From the NCBI GenBank assembly GCA_000004985.1, contig GG738923.1: DNA of 64,000 nt, one strand, 5' to 3'. Source of the stretch: Naegleria gruberi (lineage: Eukaryota). The position numbers were made by a program, and so were the translations under genes. Under the pieces are notes generated by a model. The model made no database searches. It was given only the letters and a program-made list of their open reading frames with translations, and was not told the DNA's origin. Positions within the stretch are counted from its first letter, which is position 1. Each line of letters opens with the position of its first letter. Positions 1 to 9,757 of this stretch are shown here, one piece after another.

Positions 1-148
1 ATTTCCCATTTTTGGACTGTTAAGTAAGAATACTGAATGGGCATCAGATATTTTGAGTAGTTTCATCATTTCATAGTCCATGATTTCTCCACACAAAACA
101 TTAATATTATTTTTAAAGCTGGATTTTCTCAAACTCTCTTTTAGCAAG

Positions 149-1534
149 TCACAGAATTCTCTCTTCTTGAAGACCACTTGTTTTTTTGTAAATTCCACCA
201 ATTGAAATAGAATAATACTTACATATAATCTTGGTTACACTCTTATTCTTGTATTGGAAACATTCCTTAATGAAATCGACAACTTCATCCACTCTACAAA
301 CTCCCGTGACAATAGCATGATTTCTAAGCTTTGGATTTTTAGCTTGAAATATACTTCTTTCACTTGTCAAAATATCATAAATTCCAGAAATTTGAATTGG
401 AATGGTAGTGATACCAATCAAGAAGAAAATTACGACGGCAAATCTTGCTGGAACAGTTGTTGGTGACTGCACAAAATAAACAAATCAATACAATGTTCAA
501 ATACTTACAATATCACCATAACCAATTGTAGTCAAGGTGATGGCAATAAAATATAATGCATCATGGAAGTAAATCTTTCTGTTTCCGACTGTATTCTCCA
601 ACCACTGAAATATTCCTGAAAAGAGAATCAACAAACAAGCAATCAATAATCCTAATTCCAAAACTTTTCCCACAACTGTATCTCCTCTATTACCAATTTT
701 ACGAATGAGAGGAATCAATCTCAATAAACGAAGAACTCTAAATAATCCAATAATTGAGAACAATTTACCTTCATCGACATCGAGAGGTGAAAAAACAATA
801 ATCACAATAATAAAAGTCGGCAACACTGTAATGTAATCTAATAAGGATAATGGTTGGATAAAGTATTTGAATCTGATATTTCATTTTCCATCAATCAGAC
901 AACTCAAAGTGAATCTACTTACTTGTTCTTTGCAAAGAATAGTCCCACAAAGAATAAACCAATAAACAAGGCAGATAAAACTAAATCCAAAATCATTAAT
1001 GGTTGAAACACTTGATCAACATCTAATTGAATATAACTTGCAACGATATAATATACAACAGTCAATAAACAGAATACTGTCTGCATGCCTTCAGAGTTGA
1101 ACCTTGCTTCTTCATTGAATTCTTCCCATGACATATCGAATACATCTAGAAAATCCACTTTCTGAGAAATATTAGAAATCAACTATTCTAATATTACTTA
1201 CATCTTCCAATAATCTCTCTTTCAATGCGTCATCCATATTCTTCAAGAAACCAGCATTAGACTGATGATGATCCACATTAATAGTGTCACTTCTCTCCCT
1301 CGTTTTCTCAGCAAAAGTGACACCTTTGGAATGTTTATGAACATCATCCAATTCTACTTCAACTGCATCCACAGCCACCTCCATTTCATTATCATTCCTT
1401 ATTGTCATCTTGTTGGGTGAACTAGAATCATGTTGTTGTTGTATATGATGATTATTCATAGCACTCGACATTGTCTCCTCATCCAGCGACGAATTACTTG
1501 TAGTACTTCCATTATTTGGCTCCATTGGCAGCAA
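149..1534 (-). CDS. Voltage-gated K+ channel (Shaker/Kv-like), multi-exon
   Basis: The selectivity filter TTIGYGD lies in ORF 497..826. The S4 voltage sensor RVLRLLRLIPLIRK is upstream of the pore. S1-S3-like hydrophobic segments are in ORF 919..1182 and S6 is in ORF 149..472. The exons are separated by short introns, e.g. revcomp of 473-496 is GTAAGT...TGCAG. Confidence 0.8.
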
Positions 1535-2175
1535 CAGTGTTGTTGTTTGTTTTTTTCTTCTTGGTTTTCATGATCGCTCAATGATGATGATTGATAACAA
1601 ATTGGCACAAAATAGTTGTTCGTCCTTCCTAGTTGAGTTTTTTGAGGTTTTATCAGTGGGTTTCATTTTTTTATGAGGATGTAGAAAGAGCGGGAAAATT
1701 TGTTTGTTGCTTATTGGGGAGGATTAGTTGACCTATTAGAAGAATGTTCTGAAATGATGGTAATGGGATTGAGTTTTTTCATTGCACAACAAATTAATAG
1801 TATGAAGTTCACCCGTTTTGTGCTGCACAGCTTATCATTGGCTTTCTGAAAAATGTCAAATGATGTTAAGTCCACACCAGTATGCGATACTGGGGTCCGA
1901 GCCATACCAAATCATACCACTAGCTTGCTGTGCGTGGAATTACAATGCATCTATTGTAGTGGAATATTGTCGAAAAGTTGAAAATTTGTTTGAAAATGAA
2001 AAATGATTGAACAATTTTTTGTAAACCACTACAGAAATACCCAATTAATAGGCATTCGTAATAAAAATCTAGTATTTGTCATTGATTTTTACATGACACA
2101 ATAGTGTCAACGGAAGGGAATTATTAACTCCGAATTTTAAACATCCCTCCGATAAAGAAAAAAACTGTAAAAAAA

Positions 2176-3030
2176 ATGCATCAACACGGAAAGCTCAGAC
2201 GGGTGGTTATTTTGTTCACCTTCACTCTCATCATGATGTTGGTCATGGGACAAGAAACAGCCAAGACCAAACTCTTCAAGAATATGATTTCCCGAACTCA
2301 AAATAATCAAAATTATAAAGGAAGTACTAAAATCGGAAGTGTTCAAGATGGAGTTTGGACCAATGTTTTCCAATTATTTGGATTCCGTTCAGCAAATAAT
2401 CAAACAGATACTGATAATAATCCAAAATTTATTTCATTATTCTATGATGGAATTCATCAGAGAATGAGAATGGATGGAGCTGGTTTGGGAGGCCCTGCAG
2501 CTCAACTCTCTTCCACATCAGTTTTGTTTGAAATTTTGAGATATTATATGAATGTTGTGAGTGTTGATTTTTGTATCTTTGAACATTTGCATCCTAATTC
2601 TACTGCTTATGGAGCTAGAGTTTTCCCATTCAGTGGAAAGGGTACTGTGGCTGAAGGAGGATTCACTGTTGCCAAATATTCTGGAGCTAAATTGATTCAA
2701 AGTAATGCTATTCTTGAACCATCCAATTTGATTAATGGAATGCAAAAGAGAGTTTGTAATGTCTATAATTTGGATGGAAAGTCTGATCTTGCTATTGGTC
2801 TTGGATTTTACTTGTTCAATTATCAAGGACCTAGCTATGTTGACATGACTTATTATGAAGATGCCAAGACAGGACAACCAGTAAGATTTGAAATGAAAGA
2901 TTTGGGAGGTTTTAAGGGAATTACCTCTTGGGATGTATTGAATTTCCAATTCTTTAGTGATAAGGATGATTCTGCTAATGTATTTTCCAAAGATTTATTC
3001 TACTGGAATGCCAAACCAACTTGTCATTAA
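2176..3030 (+). CDS. Hypothetical secreted protein (N-terminal signal peptide), 284 aa
   Basis: Single long ORF. It has a hydrophobic N-terminal signal-like segment VVILFTFTLIMMLVMG. No family was recognised. Confidence 0.45.
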   Translation: MHQHGKLRRVVILFTFTLIMMLVMGQETAKTKLFKNMISRTQNNQNYKGSTKIGSVQDGVWTNVFQLFGFRSANNQTDTDNNPKFISLFYDGIHQRMRMDGAGLGGPAAQLSSTSVLFEILRYYMNVVSVDFCIFEHLHPNSTAYGARVFPFSGKGTVAEGGFTVAKYSGAKLIQSNAILEPSNLINGMQKRVCNVYNLDGKSDLAIGLGFYLFNYQGPSYVDMTYYEDAKTGQPVRFEMKDLGGFKGITSWDVLNFQFFSDKDDSANVFSKDLFYWNAKPTCH

Positions 3031-3267
3031 TAAAATATAACCTGAATTATTTCAGATATCTTACTCTTTTATTTAAGGACTACTTTCTGCTATTACACAT
3101 AATTGAAATGTTGCTCTACTAGAAGAGCTTTAGGATATTCAAGTGTAAAATTTTACTTGTATGGGGGTTTGTTTTTCATCAATTATCCAACTTGATTATC
3201 CGAAAGTTTGAATTTTCTTTAAATAGCTGAAGAATAGTAGAGATCCTCAACAATAACAACAAAAAGA

Positions 3268-4214
3268 ATGCAAGCCTTGGTTATTGAAGATTACTGTATC
3301 CAACCAAATTTTAAACTAGTTTCGGATTTTGAAAAACCATCCAAGTTGAAAGAAAATCAAGTTTTGGTCAAGTTGAAAGCAGCTTCGGTCAACCCAGTCG
3401 ATTACAAAATGAGAAACGGAGCCACAAGGAAAGCAACTCCAGTCAAATTTCCAACGACGCTATTGGTAAAATATTAGATCAAGAGGGTGAACATTCGTTT
3501 AACAATCAACCTTTGACTCCTCCATTCGAAACTTCCAAAAAGAAAGAGTTGAAAATTCTCATATTAGGTGCTTCTGGAGGAACTGGTTTGAGTGCTTGTT
3601 TGATAGCTAAACAATTCCTTTCCCTATATTTCCAAACAAAGGTTTATGCTGTTTGTTCTGAGAGAAATATTGACATTGTTACAAAAATGGGAGCAGATGT
3701 TGTCATTGACTATACAAAAACATCATCCAAACCTAGAATAGATGGTGAATCTGAAAATCTGAAGAGTATTTGTCAAACCATTAAGGAAGACCATGGAGAT
3801 TCTTATGTGGATATTGTATTGGATTGTGTTGGTGGAACTGAAATGTATTATCGTGATGTTTGCAATAATTTTGAGTGTAAGAAAGCAAGAGATGGTGTTG
3901 CATTCACAACCATTTCACCAAATGTTCCATTCGAACCAAATATGGGACTTTCTTCTTTGATGAAAATTGGATATTTTGTAGTTTCTAATAAGATTAGGTC
4001 ATTATCGAGTGCTTATCCATCCTTCCACTTTGTTTTCATGGATAAGAACGTAAAAGATATGAATTTACTGATGAATCATATTGTAATTTCGAATCAAGTT
4101 TACAATCAACTTCCACTGATGGAATTTGAATTTTCTGCTCAAGGATTAAACGATGCACATAAACAAATGGAATCTCAAAGAACAGTTGGTAAAATCGTTA
4201 TCAAAATTCAATAA
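3268..4214 (+). CDS. Zinc-type/MDR alcohol dehydrogenase or quinone oxidoreductase-like protein (2 exons, intron approx 3469-3512)
   Basis: The N-terminal GroES-like segment is MQALVIEDYCIQP...VLVKLKAASVNPVDYKMRNG. The Rossmann motif ILILGASGGTGLSACLIAKQ comes after a short intron. Confidence 0.7.
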
Positions 4215-4225
4215 ATAACATCTTT

Positions 4226-4265
4226 GTTCAAGTTGACTTTGTGTGTAATCTTCACAGTAACGGAA
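4226..4265 (+). repeat. Conserved 40-nt element gttcaagttgactttgtgtgtaatcttcacagtaacggaa, copy 1 (12 nt downstream of the stop at 4214)
   Basis: It is identical to the copy at 8058-8097 except for a single mismatch (c/g), in the same orientation. Confidence 0.8.
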
Positions 4266-4481
4266 TTGGATTATATTCCAAACAACTATTTCCAAATCAA
4301 GAAGGAATTGTTAAATTCGAATAATTTCATTGGCTTGAAAGTTAAAAATTGGTAATTCCAATCATTCGTTTGTAAGTAAGCGAAGGCAAGTTAATCTTTC
4401 AGTAGTTTCCCATTATTGTGAACACCAATGAACAAATTCACCTTTAATTTTAATGATGCTGAATAATTCTTACAAAAAAAA

Positions 4482-6649
4482 ATGGAAGCAACAAGTGCAC
4501 AATTAAATAATCCTTTTAGTGTTTTTGTTTCATCAAATAATGAAGTTTTTATTGCTGACTATAGCAATCAAAGCATTAGAAAAGTATTACAAAATGGAAA
4601 TATTGTAACAATAGCTGGAAATGGAGATAAAGGATTTAGTGGTGATAATTGTCTAGCAACAAGTGCACAATTAAATAATCCTATTGGTGTTTTTGTTTCA
4701 TCAATAATGAAGTTTATATTTCTGACTATTGTAATCATGTAATTAGAAAGATTTTACAAAATGGAACTATTGTAACAATTGCTGGAAATGGAAAACCTGG
4801 ATTCGGTGGTGATAATGGCCTAGCAACAAATGCACAGTTGAATTACCCTAGAAATGTATATGTTTCATCAAATAATGAAGTTTATATTGCTGACTTTTGT
4901 AATCAAAGAATTAGAAAAGTATTACAAAATGGAAATATTATAACAATAGCTGGAAATGGAACTAAAGGATTTAGTGGTGATAATGGTCCTGCAACAAATG
5001 CACAATTAAATGGTCCTGCAGGCGTTTTTGTTTCAAATAATGAAGTCTATATTGCTGACTATAGTAATCATGTAATTAGAAAGATTTCACAAAATGGAAC
5101 TATTGTAACTATAGCTGGAAATGGAAAACCTGGATTCAGTGGTGATAATGGACTTGCAACAAATGCACAATTATATAATCCTTCAGGCACTTTTGTTTCA
5201 TCGAACAATGAAGTTTATATTTCTGATTGTTTTAATCATGTAATTAGAAAGATTTTACAAAATGGAACTATTGTAACAATTGCTGGAAATGGGAAAGGAG
5301 GATTCAGTGGTGATAATGGCCTTGCAACAAATGCACAATTATATAGTCCTTTAGGTGTTTTTGTTTCATCAAATAATGAAGTTTATATATCTGACTGTTT
5401 TAATCATAGAATTAGAAAGGTATTACATAATGGAAATATTGTAACAATAGCTGGAAATGGAACACCTGGATTCAGTGGAGATTCTCCATTTGATATTTCA
5501 CTCTATCCTCATTTCGGAAATAGTAGCTCTTTAACTAGAAGAATAGAATTTCATAGTTTGAAAAAATATTCAAGAGATCAATTATTTGGATTGGAAATTT
5601 ATGGATTCATGCCACTAATTGAAAGAATATCAATTCAATTCAGTCAAATTCTGAAAAATGAAAAGATAATTTGGTCAATGAATGCTTCACAACGTGCAAT
5701 TATTCAAAAACTAATTAATTCTCTCATATATGATAATAATCAATTGAATTTTACAAAGAATGAACTATTAGATGTATTATTTATTTTAGGATTATTTAAA
5801 AATGGCGAATTTATTGAGCTTAAAAGATCATTGACAAGTGATTTTATTAATTCCATTACCTTGAAAGAATTTCCTGCTGAATGGGAAAAAATTGAATCGC
5901 TGATCATGACATGCAAAGATTTTGGAAATGAAAATTACATTCTTGAATGCTTGAACAATTTCTGTATTGAATTTGTTGCTGTCAAAATGAAGACCACAGA
6001 GGGAAGTGCTGTTTTGTCTTCCCTTCCAATAGTTTTGCGAAATGCTACTGCTTTTTTCCCAAAATTGGTACTTGGTCAACCAACCCCAATCAACATTGAA
6101 GAAAAAATTGAAGTTAATCCACAAACATTAGAATCATTATTTAACGATAAGAAAACAAGTGATATTCAAATCAAAATGGGAGAAGACAAGTATTTATATT
6201 GTCACAAAACTGTTTTGAGCACCACTAGTACCTTCTTTGCTGCCCTATTTGAAAGTGGATCATCCTTTAGTGATTTTAATAATGGAATTTTCACACCAGA
6301 TGAATCAGAAGATTTGGAATTATTGGAAATTATCATCAAATATTGTTATGGAATTTCATTCGACAATGAAAAAATTTCTGGATTGTTAGACATGGCAATG
6401 AAACATGAAATTAAATATTTAGTCGATTATTATTGTATTAATTTCACGCTCTCCATTCAAAATTACTTTTCCATTGTATCAACATGTGAACAGTATTTGG
6501 ATTTACCTGTATTTGAAGGATTTTTCAAAGAAATTATTAGATTTGGAGTTACCAACAAGAAGCAACTCTTTACTGATTTGAGTGTTCTTTCTAAATTACC
6601 TGAAAAAGTTTGGCAGGTGATGTTCTTGAATTGGGCTCAGGATAATTGA
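4482..6649 (+). CDS. NHL-repeat beta-propeller protein with C-terminal BTB/POZ domain (frameshift near 4700-4745)
   Basis: There are at least 8 tandem NHL-type repeats (NNEVYIADxxNHxIRKIxxNGTIxTIAGNGxxGFSGDNGxATNAQL). A BTB domain follows (DIQIKMGEDKYLYCHKTVLSTTSTFFAALFESG...IIKYCYG). ORF 4482..4742 and the frame continuing into 4838..6649 are the same repeat series in different frames, so one gene with an indel or a pseudogene. Confidence 0.7.
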
Positions 6650-7005
6650 GCTAATAACTTTAATGTTTATTTTTGTTCCTCTTTTTATAAATTGTGAACT
6701 ATGAGAATTTCAAATTGTAAACACTGGACGATTCGAATCCTGAATATTATTGTTTACAACACTTGCTGAATTGAGCAAAAAGTTATTTGATTTTTCAAGT
6801 TGAAGATTATGAAGTTTTCAATGAATGATGAATTTATTAGAAAGGAATTTATTTGTCATAAAGATAAACGACCTATCCTTTCCAGCTCACAAAAATCGTC
6901 AAAAGTCAACCCAATTTTCAACTCAAAAAAAAACCAGCACAACCAAACTGCAGCAAAATCTGTTGGACATATTTCTAATTACCCAAAAGCTGTAATTGAT
7001 AAAAG

Positions 7006-7587
7006 ATGAATCCACATCAACAAACACAAAATACTGAACAAAGTGAATCAGTAAATTACTATTACAATTCGAACAGTGATGCAAATACCACAAGTAATTC
7101 CATTGCTAGTAAGACAAATCTCTTTATGTATGGTGGAGGTACATTGCTATTACTCCTTTCATTGGCATTGTTTGGAATTGGTGCAGTTCTGTATGGAGTT
7201 GTAAATTCAATTTCTGTTTCGTATGTCCATCAAGGATGTTGTAATGTTACTGTTTCTAGTGGTTGCTCTAGTTATGATGATTGTAGCTATGGTGTTTCTT
7301 TTCCAATACTGGGAAGTGCAAAACTTCAACAAGATCCTAAAAAAGGATTTGGATTAACTTGTTCTGCTGCAGAAAACCAAATTATGACAACCACCTTAGT
7401 CAAGAAATACTCTAGCTCCAACACCTTGCCAACAACAACCACAAATATTGATTGTTACACTGATAAGAATGAAAAATTTGTATCCCTTGAACCGTACAGT
7501 GAATTGTATACATTGTACATAAGTGGTGGAATTATTTGTTTAGCCGCACCAATTCTATTTTTTGTAATTAAGGTTGGCTTTATGTAA
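7006..7587 (+). CDS. Hypothetical Cys-rich membrane protein (two predicted TM helices); may include upstream ORF 6800..7009
   Basis: The ORF has an N-proximal TM segment (LLLLLSLALFGIGAVLYGVV) and a C-terminal TM segment (IICLAAPILFFVIKVGF). Confidence 0.35.
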   Translation: MNPHQQTQNTEQSESVNYYYNSNSDANTTSNSIASKTNLFMYGGGTLLLLLSLALFGIGAVLYGVVNSISVSYVHQGCCNVTVSSGCSSYDDCSYGVSFPILGSAKLQQDPKKGFGLTCSAAENQIMTTTLVKKYSSSNTLPTTTTNIDCYTDKNEKFVSLEPYSELYTLYISGGIICLAAPILFFVIKVGFM

Positions 7588-8057
7588 AGTGGTAAATGAA
7601 TTTTTCACTTCAACACTTTTCAATCATCCACAATTTTCTGATTTTCAAATTGTTTGTTGTGTGTCATAATTATCGCACGATGAGCTGTTCCAATTTTATT
7701 CCTTTCCATAAAAGAAAACCATAAAACAGTAAAGACGGAAAAATCAAAATCTTCAGGGTTTCAACGAAATAATTGGCATGGTACTTCTACAATAATACTA
7801 ATAAAAGTTTATTAATGTTTCAAGATGATTGACGATACTTGATGATTTATTTGAAGAAACTGCAGTTTACAAAATTGTAAAAAGCTTTTATACTGGTAGT
7901 TTGGAATATTCTCTAGACGATGAAGCCCTCTCACTCTTGATTTTCTTCACAATAATACATGATTCAAGTCTCTATCTTCACATTTAAAACCTGAAATTCA
8001 AATATTTCATCTGATAATTGTTTTAAACTTTTTGGACAATGATATCCTGGAACACCT

Positions 8058-8097
8058 GTTCAAGTTGAGTTTGTGTGTAATCTTCACAGTAACGGAA
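8058..8097 (+). repeat. Conserved 40-nt element, copy 2 (gttcaagttgagtttgtgtgtaatcttcacagtaacggaa)
   Basis: It differs from copy 1 at 4226-4265 by one base. A weaker TG-rich relative lies at 7647-7683. Confidence 0.8.
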
Positions 8098-8145
8098 CGG
8101 TAGCTTTCAATATTACTATTAGAATTAAGGTAAACAGGCCTTACC

Positions 8146-9540
8146 TTAAAGTTTAGAAATTCTATCAGCATAAACCCCTAAATAATTCATTCTTATCAGG
8201 AAGAAATCATCTGAATAGACTTCTGAATATCCAACTTCCCGTACCAATTCCATCTTGAATTCAAAGTCATTCTTCAGCAAGTCTTGAATATTTGCAAATT
8301 CTAGTGCCTTGTCAGTTTGTTTCAGAGCTTCCAATACTATTTTCTTATCAACTTTCAACCTATCTGATGCATACTTGAGAGAAGAGCCATTCTGTTTTAC
8401 AGCCACCATTACCAATTCCTTATCATTCCTCACTTTAAAGGAACAGAATTTTACCATACTGCCATTCTTTTTGAGAGCTTCCAAAATAATTTCATTGTCT
8501 TGCTGAAGGGCTACAGATGCATATTTAAATGCCCATGGATTTTGTTTAACTGCCTCTAGTACAATCTCTTTGTCATTCTTCAATCTGTCAGAAGCAAACA
8601 TTAAGTAATGTCCTTCCTTTTTGACAGCTTGTAGAATTGTGAATCGATCATCCTTTTGTTCATCAGTGACTGAAGATAGAGAGATATCCATCATTAGTTC
8701 CATAAGTTCAATATCATTCTCGTTCATCTCGTCAAAAAATGATACTCTGAATTGATTGTCACTTGCCAAAGTATTGAAATTATTGAAGGTGATGAATATT
8801 TGGGAATGAAGAATTGTCGTTTTTGGTTGATCCCATATAACTATTGGTTGTATTGCTAAAGCTAAATCAATCAATTCACGATCGTGTCTTAGATCAAATG
8901 ATGCATATTCAAGAGATGAGGGTTTTTGTTTCACAGCCTCAGAAACAACCTCCTTGTCATTTCTCAATTTGAATGATGCAAATTGGAGTGCTATTCCATT
9001 TTGTTTGACAGATTCCAAAACTACCTCCCTGTCATTTTGCATTAAATTTGATAAATATCTGAGAACATAACCATCTTGCCGAACTGCATCCAACACGATT
9101 GACTTGTCATTTCTCAGCTCTTCATTTGTAAATGTAACAGCTCTTCCATAATATTTGACAGCTCTCTTAATGAAATCTCTATTGTTTTTCAATTCTTGTG
9201 AAACATGCGTCAGAATCCAACCATTTTCTTTAACACAATCCAATACAAATGCTTCATTTCTTTTAAGTTCTTCATCAATGTGATGAAAAACTTCGCCATT
9301 TCTCTTCACTGCTCGTAAAATAAACTCCGTATCCTTCTTAAACTCTGGGTTAGCCCATTCGAAAGCAGTTTCGTTTTGTGCCAATGCCTCCAAAACTACG
9401 TGAGGATCAGATTTTAGATTATCAGATGCAAACCTGAGGAAATTTCCTTTTCTAGAAACACATTCCAAAACCACTTGTTTATTGTTTGCAAATTCTATGG
9501 GAATGAATTGGGTGAAGTTTCGTGTAGGAGCTACCTGCAT
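8146..9540 (-). CDS. DUF4116-like tandem-repeat protein, 464 aa
   Basis: There are at least 10 tandem repeats of about 36 aa. Each carries the signature VLEAVKQNGxALKYASxxLKNDKEIVL. Confidence 0.7.
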   Translation of the reverse strand: MQVAPTRNFTQFIPIEFANNKQVVLECVSRKGNFLRFASDNLKSDPHVVLEALAQNETAFEWANPEFKKDTEFILRAVKRNGEVFHHIDEELKRNEAFVLDCVKENGWILTHVSQELKNNRDFIKRAVKYYGRAVTFTNEELRNDKSIVLDAVRQDGYVLRYLSNLMQNDREVVLESVKQNGIALQFASFKLRNDKEVVSEAVKQKPSSLEYASFDLRHDRELIDLALAIQPIVIWDQPKTTILHSQIFITFNNFNTLASDNQFRVSFFDEMNENDIELMELMMDISLSSVTDEQKDDRFTILQAVKKEGHYLMFASDRLKNDKEIVLEAVKQNPWAFKYASVALQQDNEIILEALKKNGSMVKFCSFKVRNDKELVMVAVKQNGSSLKYASDRLKVDKKIVLEALKQTDKALEFANIQDLLKNDFEFKMELVREVGYSEVYSDDFFLIRMNYLGVYADRISKL

Positions 9541-9757
9541 TTTTTTTGATTGAATCTCAACAAAGACAGAACTGTTGAGAACTCAGTTTGATTGGTTACA
9601 TAGATGTTACACAATGTTGCAATAATTACTTTATTTGACTGGTTTTCAATGTTAGAAAGTTTAGTTTGCTTTATTCTCGAATTTTGTCAGAGAGAGAAAG
9701 GATTCGATTTTTGACATTCTTGAGAAAGTTTCAGCATTTATTCATGTTTCATTTCAA

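Noticed and set aside
254-466. Small ORFs overlapping real genes on the opposite strand or alternate frame (e.g. 254..466+, 5828..6124-, 8309..8506+, 10164..10385+, 18643..18942-, 19048..19383-, 28040..28237-, 32678..32869+, 35234..35461-, 39554..39853+)
   Set aside because: They are fully embedded in longer, homology-supported ORFs and have low-complexity or hydrophobic composition typical of AT-rich antisense frames.
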